Positions 20,233-29,332 of a stretch of 64,000 bases of DNA are shown in pieces (position 1 is the first letter of the stretch; the number at the start of each line of letters is the position of its first letter). Source of the stretch: an uncultured delta proteobacterium. Lineage in GTDB: Bacteria; Desulfobacterota; Desulfobacteria; Desulfobacterales; UBA2156. The notes under the pieces are model-generated. The model was given only the letters and a program-made list of their open reading frames with translations, ran no database searches and was not told the origin of the DNA. Location: contig CAVTQK010000009.1 of the NCBI GenBank assembly GCA_963736855.1, positions 320,001 through 384,000 of the forward strand. Reading direction: 5' to 3'. The translations under genes were made by a program, and so were the position numbers.

Positions 20233-20502
20233 TCAGCTTATTGCCACATGGCGACGGATCGCGGCCTCGAAAGCTTCCCCGCTGATCGGACAGCCCTGGA
20301 TGATAATCTCATCGGCAAGCATCAAGGCCGGTGCGGCAGGCAGACCGGATGCAATGAATTCCGTCGTGCTGTAGTATTCCCTGGGCTTTGACAGTGTCTC
20401 GATTTCCAAAGCGTATTTTTTTCCCAACCTGGGAAGCATCTCCATGAAGCCGCCTCAGGTTTTACCCATCGGCTCGTTTAAAAAGACGCGCAGCTTAACC
20501 AT
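20233..20502 (-). CDS. tsoC: NEPxGxxU-motif selenoprotein, copy 2 (89 aa, Sec16 at TGA 20455-20457)
   Basis: MVKLRVFLNEPMGKT-TGA-GGFMEMLPRLG reads in frame into ORF 20233..20445; hairpin TTCCCA-GGT-TGGGAA (20421-20435); paralogous to the upstream gene. Symbol recalled from the NCBIfam motif name, not searched. Confidence 0.85.
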
Positions 20503-20524
20503 TTTATTTCTCCGATCAGACGCA

Positions 20525-20845
20525 TTAAGGTTTCTTGAAAAGACGCCCCAAGATTCCTTTATGCGGTGGCTCGGGCTCGGCCAGACCCAACTGGCGGCAA
20601 ATGTGAACCTCCACCTCATGTTCGGACACATCGGCTCCTTCGACGACAACTTCATCGCCCACCATGACCGCCGGTGCCACGGGCAAATCTAGCTCGAAGT
20701 ACGCGTCGGTCTGATATTCCGCCTTGGCTTTTGAGGTGACGTCGATGTCGATGGCGTATTTTGCGCCCAACCTGGGCATCATTTGCTTGAAATGCTTTCA
20801 GGGTTTGCCGTTGGGCTCGTTAAGAAAAAACCGGACTTTGAGCAT
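20525..20845 (-). CDS. tsoC: NEPxGxxU-motif selenoprotein, copy 1 (106 aa, Sec16 at TGA 20798-20800)
   Basis: GAGGAG RBS; MLKVRFFLNEPNGKP-TGA-KHFKQMMPRLG in frame with ORF 20525..20782; hairpin GCCCA-GGT-TGGGC (20765-20777). Confidence 0.88.
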
Positions 20846-20878
20846 GATCATCTCCTCTATTGTTTGGTTTCTCATGGA

Positions 20879-22648
20879 TCACTGTGCGGAAACGGACCTC
20901 TTTAATTCGGCCATGCGGCTCAGGAAGGGTTCGGGAGGCAAAAAATCCACCAGGCGCAGCTCGGTGCGTTCTTCACCCCGCGCATCCAGAAATACGATGG
21001 TGGGGACTCCCTTGACACCGTATTGCCTCAACAGTTCCTCATGAAATGGGTTTCCTCCCTGGGTCACATTGATTTTAACCATTATAAAATCCTTTTGCCG
21101 CGCTTGCCGGACTACCTCGGGGTGATGAAAGGTCACATTTTCAAGCTCCCGGCACGGCGTGCACCAGTCGGCGTAAAAGTCGATGATGACCGGTTTCTTC
21201 TGCGCGGCCGCCTGCCGCAGGGTTTGTTCCGAATAGGTGTGCCACTCGATGCTTGGTCCGCGCATGGCCCAGGTGGTCACCCAAAAAGTGGCCAGCACAA
21301 TGCAGGCTGTTCCCACGAAGGTCTTGAGCCAGGGAAAGGCCCTGAAACTCGCCTGGTTTTTATCGAGCCAGCCCAGGTGTAACCCGGCGGCGAAGGCGAC
21401 CAAAACCGGCACAACAATTTTAAGCGCCTGGGGCAGGATCGGCCGAATGAAGTATGCCGCCATGCCAACCAAGACCCAACCCATGAGTTTTCGCACCCAA
21501 ATCATCCATCCGCCGGCCCGTGGTAGTCGCTGTAATTGACCGGAAAAGATCGCCAGCACGAAAAGGGGAAGGCCCAATCCCAGGCTTAGGACGAAAAAAA
21601 TCAAAAAACCAAGCCACGGGTTTCCCATCCCGGCCACCCAGGTAAGGAGGCCCAGCACGAAGGGGCCGATGCAGGGCGCGGCCACAACGCCAAGGGTGAG
21701 ACCCATGAACAGACTGCCGAAGTACCCGGTGTAGGATTTGCCGGCGGCCTGGGTCAGGACGCCGGGTAGGCGCAGTTCCCAAAGGCCAAAAAGGCTGGTG
21801 GCGAATAGGACCAGGATGCCGGCCACCAAGGTCAACACGATGGGATTCTGCAGCATGGCCCCCATCAACCCACCAGTTAGTGCGGCCACCACCCCCAAGG
21901 TTGAGTTTGTCAGAGCTAAACCCATCAGGTAGCAAATCCCATGCAAAACAAGTTTGACTTGGCCGGGCCTGTCTTGGGCTGTGCGGCCTCCAAAAAAAGA
22001 GACCGTGATCGGAATCATCGGATAAACGCAAGGAGTCATGTTCAGGGCCAGTCCGCCGGCGAAAATGGCCAAAAGGGTCCAAAGCATGGACCAACCCTGG
22101 AGGGAGCGGTCGCCCATAGGTTCATTTGACGCTTCGCCAAGCGATGTTAGTCCCGCCGGACTACTCGCGATTGGTAAACCCTGTTCCTGCCATTTTGGGA
22201 ATCCGTAGGGGTCGCGGTACACATTTTTATAACCAAGCGATGCGGCCACCCGGGCCGCCGAGTCGCTGCGGACTCATGTCAGCCCCGCTCAGTAAAAGAC
22301 AAGTACGCGCTCCTTGTCCGGGCCTAAAAATGTATTCAGTTCCCCGGCCTTGCGCCAACGCGCCCACCAAGTAGGCTCCATTGAAAAATTGAGCGCCCCC
22401 TTGATATGCCCTGTGCGATATTCCCACTCCTGGCGGGTGTCGATCAGCAGCAGTTCGGAGGGCTTTTTTTCATATCTTTCGGATAGCGCTTCGGTGGTGA
22501 TGATCTTGTACCCGCCGGCGTCAGCCTCGGCCATAACATCTTCCCATGTGGCCTGCCCGGGTGCGATGGGGCGTTGCGCGTACCAGACAATACCAATGGT
22601 GAACAATACGGCCGCCAGCGCGAGAAAATATGATCTTTTTATTTTCAT
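20879..22648 (-). CDS. tsoB: rhodanese / DsbD-transmembrane / thioredoxin fusion selenoprotein with two Sec (589 aa; TGA 22289-22291 and 22274-22276)
   Basis: ORFs 22289..22648 and 20879..22249 share a frame and join as VFY-U-AGLT-U-VRSDSAARVAASLGY at the rhodanese active-site loop; DsbD cysteines TPCVYP and APCIGP; C-terminal WCTPC; hairpin GCGGCC-CGGGT-GGCCGC (22242-22258). Confidence 0.88.
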
Positions 22649-22973
22649 GTCCGATCCCTGATCCCGCTACATTTTGCCAGATAGAAATGTATCCATTTGA
22701 GTTTTGTCGATAGCCACAATGCGAAAGGTGGCTTTTAACCGTCTCTTCTGAAAAGGAGTATTGATACTGATGGCAGTAATCCATGATCGTTCGGTACGCC
22801 GAAACAATCTTGCGGGTCATTTCAGCGCATGACTCCCTATCCTCGACGCATTTGTCCGGATGCCATTTGGTCACCAGTCTCCTGTATCTTGATTTGATCG
22901 ATGCCATGGTGGCGGTTTCCGGAAGCTCCAAAATTCTTTTTGCATCGATGATTTCCTGATATTTATGATCCAT
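22521..22973 (-). CDS. J-domain protein with an aberrant C-terminus that overlaps the tsoB-like gene
   Basis: 'IKSRYRRLVTKWHPDKC...IVSAYRTI' HPD J-domain; after about residue 83 the ORF runs 128 nt into the next gene. Confidence 0.75.
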   Translation of the reverse strand: MDHKYQEIIDAKRILELPETATMASIKSRYRRLVTKWHPDKCVEDRESCAEMTRKIVSAYRTIMDYCHQYQYSFSEETVKSHLSHCGYRQNSNGYISIWQNVAGSGIGHENKKIIFSRAGGRIVHHWYCLVRATPHRTRAGHMGRCYGRG

Positions 22974-23430
22974 CCTCGGCGATTCGTTTCCCTTCTCTCA
23001 AGAGTTTCGTGAGCAAAAATTTGGCCCCTCTGCGCGATAAACCAAGCCGTTCCGCCAATTCTTTATCGTTCAGAGTCCCATGCGTTTTTAAAAGCGTACG
23101 CACTTCCGCTTCCAGTTCCTCCAGCCAATCCTCAAACAGCACCAGCAGATCAGGATCGGCTATAGCCATTAGTTGTTTGGACTGCGCGACCTTGTCCACC
23201 AGGCTTTGGCACATCTGCGTTGGGTCGACACCTTCGCCCATGCACTCGGCCAGTCACAAGTGCACCATGCTGGACACCTTATCCCCCTCGGACTGATTGA
23301 TCAGGTTCAGAAGAAAACGCTCGCGGGCATTATCATCCAGGTCCGCAAGAAGACTTCCCGTGACAGTCGTGATTTTTGACAAGGCCTCTTCCGGAACCAT
23401 GCGGGCAATAATTTCAAAAAGCTCATCCAT
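22963..23430 (-). CDS. tsoA: LULAxC-motif selenoprotein with C-terminal winged-HTH-like segment (155 aa, Sec59 at TGA 23254-23256)
   Basis: GGAGG RBS; MDELFEIIAR...SSMVHL-TGA-LAECMGEGVDPTQMC in frame with ORF 22963..23241; hairpin at 23216-23244 with AGGTG loop. Confidence 0.88.
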
Positions 23431-23453
23431 AGGAATTGGTTGCCTCCTATTGA

Positions 23454-23819
23454 TTAAAAAGTTCTTCGTGTGGATAAAAGGTCCGTCGCCACATCGTTTA
23501 AGATTTTCAAGACATTCAGAATTCTTTCATCTGCCAATTCATAATAAATGAATGGTCCCTCGCGTTCCACCTTGACCAGCAGAGAGTGCTTCAATTCCTT
23601 CAAATGGTGGGATACCAGCGGTTGGGACAGATCCAATTCCTCGACAATGGCGGATACTGACTTCTTGCTTCCGCTGATGAGCACCAAAATTCTTAGGCGG
23701 TTGCAGTCCGACAGACTCTTGGCCAGAAAGGCTGCTCTTTGAAGCTGGGCAATATCCGACTGGCATCGAGTCAGAAACCCTTCGTTTAGATCCGCTGAAT
23801 TCCGCATGTCTTTGTCCAT
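23454..23819 (-). CDS. ArsR/SmtB-family transcriptional repressor
   Basis: KSLSDCNRLRIL...SVSAIVEELDLSQPLVSHHLKELK...VEREG. Confidence 0.92.
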   Translation of the reverse strand: MDKDMRNSADLNEGFLTRCQSDIAQLQRAAFLAKSLSDCNRLRILVLISGSKKSVSAIVEELDLSQPLVSHHLKELKHSLLVKVEREGPFIYYELADERILNVLKILNDVATDLLSTRRTF

Positions 23820-24781
23820 TATTCAACGACACTTCGGCATGTCTGATCACCTTTGCGGGTTTCAACATAGTGCGCGGCCGCCAAGGCCGCCGTACAACCA
23901 TCCGCGGCGGCAAGGACAATCTGGTTGGCGTATTTTTGCCGGAGGTCGCCCACGGCAAAAATGCCGGAAATGTCGGTTTCGCATTTTTCATCCGTGATGA
24001 CATATCCAGTACTGTTGACCTTGATCCCTGCGGGAACCAGTTGATTGTTCGGCGCAAAGCCGACAAAAATGAAAACGCCTTCGGTATCAAGATCCCGCTG
24101 ATCGCCGGTTTGCGTGTTTTTCAAGGAGATGTCACGGACGCCGTTGTCATCGCCATTGATTGTGGTGACGACCGTATTGTATATGATTTCAATCCGATGC
24201 TCGGCGAAAACGCGCTGCTGAAGGATGCGGCTGCCTCGAAAGGCCTCCCGTCGGTGAATGAGGTAAACCTTACGGGTGATTTTTGAAAGGTAAAGGGCAT
24301 CTTCCAGAGCTGTATCGCCGCCACCTACGACAGCAACGACTTTATCGCGGAAGAAGAAACCGTCGCAGGTCGCGCAATAAGAAACCCCCTTGCCGAAATT
24401 CTCGTTTTCGCCTGGTATGTTCAACTTTCGGGCGGTGCCGCCGGCTGCCAGAATGATCGCGTGGGCTTTTAAAAGAGTGCCGTCGGCAAGACGCACGGAA
24501 TGGTATTCAATTCCAGGTTCTGTCGCGATGGCCTCCTTTTCCAAAATCTCAAGGTTATACCGTTTGGCATGCTGCAGAAATTTATCGCAAAGATCGAAGC
24601 CGCCGATTTCAATAAAACCAGGATAATTCTCCACTTCCTTGGTGATCGCCACTTGCCCGCCAAAAACACCCCTTTCAATCAGCACGGTCTTCAGCGCCGC
24701 GCGCATGGCATAAATCCCAGCGGTTAAACCCGCGGGGCCTCCACCGACAATGATCAAATCGTAAAGCTGATTATCCGGCAT
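23819..24781 (-). CDS. trxB: thioredoxin-disulfide reductase
   Basis: GGGPAGL, ENYPG, SYCATCDG, GGGDTALE, FAVGD; start MPDNQLYD. Confidence 0.95.
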   Translation of the reverse strand: MPDNQLYDLIIVGGGPAGLTAGIYAMRAALKTVLIERGVFGGQVAITKEVENYPGFIEIGGFDLCDKFLQHAKRYNLEILEKEAIATEPGIEYHSVRLADGTLLKAHAIILAAGGTARKLNIPGENENFGKGVSYCATCDGFFFRDKVVAVVGGGDTALEDALYLSKITRKVYLIHRREAFRGSRILQQRVFAEHRIEIIYNTVVTTINGDDNGVRDISLKNTQTGDQRDLDTEGVFIFVGFAPNNQLVPAGIKVNSTGYVITDEKCETDISGIFAVGDLRQKYANQIVLAAADGCTAALAAAHYVETRKGDQTCRSVVE

Positions 24782-24830
24782 ATCGTCCTTCCTGTGCTTG
24801 ACCAATAAGAGGTGAACTGAATCAGTTAGC

Positions 24831-24877
24831 AAACAGCATATAGATATTTATTTATATGTTGTTTTAAATTTTGTCAA
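24831..24877 (-). promoter_or_regulatory. operon promoter (-35 TTGACA) overlapped by a 16-2-16 inverted repeat (candidate ArsR operator)
   Basis: AAACAGCATATAGATA-TT-TATTTATATGTTGTTT (24831-24864; arms match 14/16); TTGACA on the minus strand at 24872-24877. Confidence 0.72.
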
Positions 24878-25078
24878 TATTTTTCCGGATTCTGGTCGAC
24901 CCAGCTCGTAGGAAGCATGAAGAAGGTCTGCTTTTACAACAGCTCATTGAAAAGAACCACACGACGGTTGACATCCTTTCATTTGGCCGAAGACCTGGCT
25001 ACGGCCTGGTATCGCGACTATATCAAAACGCCGGTGAAGTGATTTGTACGCGTCTTGCCCGGATCAGCGCATTGGGGG

Positions 25079-26264
25079 CTATCCCTCGGAAGGGGCGGTC
25101 AGGGTCTCCCAGATATCTTCGACAAGGAGCGGATTGAAAATGCGGACGCCTCGGACGTTGAACCGCTGCTCGCCGTTATAGAGGACCGCGCCGGCCGTGA
25201 CCCGTTTGATTTCCAACGTCTGAAAACGCTCCAGTCCCTTGATGAAATCCACGGAAAACGTGCTGGCGGACTTGATCTCGACCGGCGTGAGCGCGCCCTT
25301 TTCCCTGATGAGCAGATCGACCTCGTTGCCGTGGGAGTCGCGGAAGAAATAGATCTCCGGCCTGATCCCCTTGTTGAGAGCGCCCTTCACGATGTCCGCA
25401 ATGATGAGGTTCTCATACAGATTGCCGCGCAAGGGATCGCGGGATGCCTGTTCCTGCCGTGTGGATGCCCAGCAGAAAGGCGGCGAGACCCACATCCGTG
25501 AAAAATATCTTGGGGGACTTGATCACCCGCTTTCGGACGTTCTCGAAAAACGGGGGCAGTTCGAACACGACATACGAGGCTTTCAGCACGGAGAGCCAGT
25601 TTCTGATCGTCGTGCTGGAAGCGCCCACGTCGTTGCCGAGCGAAGCGAGGTTGACGACCTGTCCCACCCGGCCGGCCAACAGGGTGAGGAATTTCTGAAA
25701 CTGCGACAGATCGCGCAACTGGATCAAGGCGCGCACATCGCGTTCGACGTAGGTTTGCAGGTAGCCGTTGAAAAACCTGCGCGGTTCGAGACCCTCTTCG
25801 TGAAGCCGCGGAAAACATCCGCGGCCGATCAGGTCGAAGGGGTCCCGTGCCGACTCATAACGGCGAAGTTCATGAAGGGAGAAAGGCCACAGGGTCAGCA
25901 TGGCGGTCCGGCCCGCCAGCGACTGGCTGATCGCCTCATGCAGTTGCGGCTGATGGCTGCCGGTCAGGATAAACCGCCCGCGTCTTCTGTTCTTGTCGAC
26001 CATTCCCTGGATGTAGGAAAGCAGAGCCGGGAGACGTTGCACCTCGTCCAGGATGCCGCCGCCTTCCATCTGGCCGAGGAATCCCCGCGGATCGGCTTCG
26101 GCCGCCATGCGGACATCCGGGTCTTCCAGGGAAAAGTACGGTTTGTCCGGAAACGTCATCCGGGCCAGCGTGGTCTTGCCCGATTGGCGGGGACCCAGGA
26201 TGGTCACCACGGGATACTCCGCGGCGGACCGGACCAGTTCTTCTGTGATGTCTCGAGTGATCAT
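25079..26264 (-). CDS. AAA+ ATPase with DUF4143 domain; one +1 frameshift near 25455
   Basis: GPRQSGKTT, LDEVQ, LTGS, SLAGR, YVERD, KSPKIFFTDVG; continues in another frame as LYEN...YFFRDSHGNEVDL...EIKS. Confidence 0.85.
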
Positions 26265-26525
26265 GGTGTGATGATAACGTATGTTTGTGCAAAAAGCAAG
26301 TTAAAATTCTGATTTGCACAATTTTTCTTTCATGGTTTGGCCTCCGTCGTTCTCGAGGGACGAAACTGACGGGACACAAGGAGACGCGTCATGTTTTTAA
26401 AGTTCCTTGTTTAACGGGGTGGTGGCAATGGGGGTAAACTGAATCTATATCTTAAAGCCAAATTCCCCGGTGTGAATCAAGTCATCGTCGCAAACCTGAG
26501 CAGCAGCCAGATCGTTTATGATTCT

Positions 26526-26567
26526 GATGCGGTGCAACGCAGCAGATGGACTTTTTACGAAGCCGTC
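26526..26567 (-). repeat. partial copy (one end) of the MITE at 54642-54794
   Basis: Reverse complement GACGGCTTCGTAAAAAGTCCATCTGCTGCGTTGCACCGCATC vs GATGACTTCGTAAAAAGCCCATCTGCTGCGTTGCACTGCATC (38/42). Confidence 0.85.
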
Positions 26568-26788
26568 AACTTTAAAGCGTTGTGGCTCTATCCTGATTCC
26601 TGCCGTACTCTCCATTCTCCTGAAAACTCACTTTTTCGTATAACTTATTGAATTCGTGGCTATAAAATGGCTTTTTGACCACGGAGCGGACTCCGAATTC
26701 TGCCGTTCTCCATTTTTAGAGCCGCCTTGTTTAATGCAGCCAGTGGTGGGATTGCATTCAGGTGCCCGTTTGATGGTCCGAAAATCGA

Positions 26789-26830
26789 TTGACAATAGAA
26801 TGATTTGACGTATGATAGATCATCTGATCA
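26789..26830 (+). promoter_or_regulatory. putative promoter of the Xre/R-M operon
   Basis: TTGACA-N16-TATGAT followed by the GATCA-TC-TGATC palindrome. Confidence 0.5.
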
Positions 26831-26884
26831 ATCGCGTGATATGAAATCTGTTTATTCCAGATCTTAATCAACTTAATAAGGAGC

Positions 26885-27127
26885 GTGCCATTGAATGCCC
26901 AGGCAGACATACCTCGCTTAGTCCGCAGGCTTCGGGAACGAACCGGGCTCACCCAGGAAAAGTTTGCGGCCAAACTTGGCGTGACGTTCCCCACCATCAA
27001 CCGCTGGGAAAACGGCCGGGCCAAACCGTCGCCGCTGGCGTTGAGGCAGATTGAGAAATTGCTCCGGAGCTTGGGCGACCAGGGCAAGGATCTCTTGGAG
27101 GAGTTTTTCCCCGGAGAGAAGAGCTGA
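26885..27127 (+). CDS. Xre-family HTH regulator ahead of the R-M genes
   Basis: LRERTGLTQEKFAAKLGVTFPTINRWENG. Confidence 0.9.
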   Translation: MPLNAQADIPRLVRRLRERTGLTQEKFAAKLGVTFPTINRWENGRAKPSPLALRQIEKLLRSLGDQGKDLLEEFFPGEKS

Positions 27128-27202
27128 TATGGCCAAGGAAAACAGTGAGCTGCCGGCGCCCAGGGATGGTGAGGCGGCGCGGCTTGAGCTCAGACAGGTG
27201 GT

Positions 27203-29332
27203 ATGCGCATGAATAGTGACACCTTCAAGGACATCGAGAAGCTCGAATCCGACCTCTGGGAGGCTGCCGACAACCTGCGGGCCAACTCCAAACTGACCTC
27301 CAGCGATTACTTCATGCCGGTGCTTGGTGTGATCTTTTTACGTCATGCGACCAATCGTTTCGACGCAGCCCACCGACAGATCAAGGCCGACCAGACCGGC
27401 GGCAAGATGCCCAAGCGAAAGGTCCTGCCGGCCGACTACATCGCGCGTCGAGCACTTTACCTTCCTGAACCGTCGCGCTACGACTGGATCATGCAGCAGG
27501 CCGCCGTCAGCGGCGTCGACCTACCCCGGATAGTCACCGAGGCCATGACCGCCATCGAGGCGTCGTTCGAGCCGCTCGTGGGAATCTTGCCCAAGGATTA
27601 CGGCATCTTCGAGCCCAAGGTGCTCGAAGACCTTATGCGCCTATTCAACAGCGAACGCATCCGGCAGGCCAACGGCGATGTCTTTGGCCGTATCTACGAA
27701 TACTTTCTGGCGAAGTTCTCGATCCAGAAGGCCCACGACAACGGCGAGTTCTTCACGCCGTCCTCGCTCGTGCAGACCATCGTCAACGTGATCGAGCCCG
27801 ACCATGGTACCGTGTTCGATCCGGCCTGTGGTTCGGGCGGAATGTTCGTACAGTCGAGCCACTTCATCGAGCACGAGGGCGGCGACACGGCCAAGAAGGT
27901 CGTCTTCTACGGCCAGGAGAAGAACCGTGACACCATCCGCATCGCCAAGATGAACCTCGCGGTGCATGGGCTGGAAGGCAAGATCGCCGAGGCCATCACC
28001 TACTACCAGGACGAGCACAACCTCGCGGGCCAGTGCGACTTCGTGATGGCCAACCCGCCCTTCAACGTGGATCTGGTGGACGCCGAGCGCATCAAGGGCG
28101 ACCCGCGCCTGCCCTTCGGCCTGCCGGGCGTGAACAAGCAGAAGAAGGTCGGAAACGGCAACTACCTCTGGATCTCCTATTTCTGGGGCTACCTCTCCCC
28201 AAAGGGCCGCGCCGGCTTTGTCATGTCCTCCCAGGCCTCCAGTGCCGGACATGGCGAAAAGGAGGTGCGCCGCAAGATCGTGGAGACGGGCGACGTGGAT
28301 GTGATGATCTCCATCCGCTCCAACTTCTTCTACACGCGGACGGTTCCGTGTGAGTTGTGGCACTTCGACCGGGCCAAGCCGCCCGAGCGCAGGGACAAGG
28401 TGCTGATGCTCGACGCTCGCAATGTCTTTCGCAAGGTCACGCGCAAGATCTACGATTTTTCGCCCGAACAAATGCACAACCTCGCGGCGATTGTCTGGCT
28501 CTATCGAGGGCAGCAGCAGCGCTTTCTCTCTCTGGTGAAGGATTACCTCAGCCGGGTCTGCGCCGAGAGCGCCGTCATCCCTGGGACTCTGACATCCTTC
28601 CAAAACACGCTCGCGGATTTACGCGACAGCTTCGATGCGCTGGCCAAGGCGACGGCGAAACACGCCGAGCTCGATGACGCGAAAAAACAGGCGCTCGCCG
28701 ATGCCGTGGCGGAACTGCGCGAAGCCGACGCACTATACAAGACCGACGCGCAAAAACTCCTCGTGAGTTTCGCAGCATTCGGCCGCAAGCATATCAAGAC
28801 GCTGCCCGGGAATAACGACGCCCAGCACGCGGCACGCAAAGCCTTCGACCCGCATGCCGAGGCGATTCGTGGCCTCGCCAAGCAGGTGGACCTGCTCTAC
28901 AAGCTCGCCGCGCGCGTGGCGGACCTGGGCGCGGAACTGGCAGCGGAAGATACGATCTCCGCCGTTTACGACCGGCGCGCCACGGGGCGGCTGGTCAAGC
29001 AGCTCGACTCGGAGCGGAAGGCCACGGTCGAGCAGTTGAAGCGTGCCGTCTATTTCCACCGGCAGGTGGTGTGGTTGCAGGACCGTTTCCCCAAGACCGA
29101 GCTGCAAGCCGTGCCCGGGCTGGTGAAACTGGTGGACCGCGCGGAGATTGAAGCCGCCGACTGGAGCCTTACCCCCGGCCGCTACGTGGGCGTGGCTCCG
29201 CCCGAGGAGGACGAGGACTTCGACTTCGAGCAGACCATCCGCGACATCCACACCGAGCTGGCAGAGCACAACAAGGAGGCGGCGGAATTAGCGGCGAAAA
29301 TCCAGGCAAACTTCGAGGGGTTGGGGATATGA
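27203..29332 (+). CDS. hsdM: type I restriction-modification N6-adenine methyltransferase subunit with a long helical insertion
   Basis: LWEAADNLR, GEFFTP, DPACGSGGM, NPPF, SLTPGRYVG. Confidence 0.95.
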   Translation: MRMNSDTFKDIEKLESDLWEAADNLRANSKLTSSDYFMPVLGVIFLRHATNRFDAAHRQIKADQTGGKMPKRKVLPADYIARRALYLPEPSRYDWIMQQAAVSGVDLPRIVTEAMTAIEASFEPLVGILPKDYGIFEPKVLEDLMRLFNSERIRQANGDVFGRIYEYFLAKFSIQKAHDNGEFFTPSSLVQTIVNVIEPDHGTVFDPACGSGGMFVQSSHFIEHEGGDTAKKVVFYGQEKNRDTIRIAKMNLAVHGLEGKIAEAITYYQDEHNLAGQCDFVMANPPFNVDLVDAERIKGDPRLPFGLPGVNKQKKVGNGNYLWISYFWGYLSPKGRAGFVMSSQASSAGHGEKEVRRKIVETGDVDVMISIRSNFFYTRTVPCELWHFDRAKPPERRDKVLMLDARNVFRKVTRKIYDFSPEQMHNLAAIVWLYRGQQQRFLSLVKDYLSRVCAESAVIPGTLTSFQNTLADLRDSFDALAKATAKHAELDDAKKQALADAVAELREADALYKTDAQKLLVSFAAFGRKHIKTLPGNNDAQHAARKAFDPHAEAIRGLAKQVDLLYKLAARVADLGAELAAEDTISAVYDRRATGRLVKQLDSERKATVEQLKRAVYFHRQVVWLQDRFPKTELQAVPGLVKLVDRAEIEAADWSLTPGRYVGVAPPEEDEDFDFEQTIRDIHTELAEHNKEAAELAAKIQANFEGLGI

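Noticed and set aside
20227..20235. TGA-TCC-TGA at the end of the second NEPxGxxU gene as extra Sec codons
   Set aside because: Lies at the end of the region alignable with the paralog; no SECIS-like hairpin; a TAA follows shortly.
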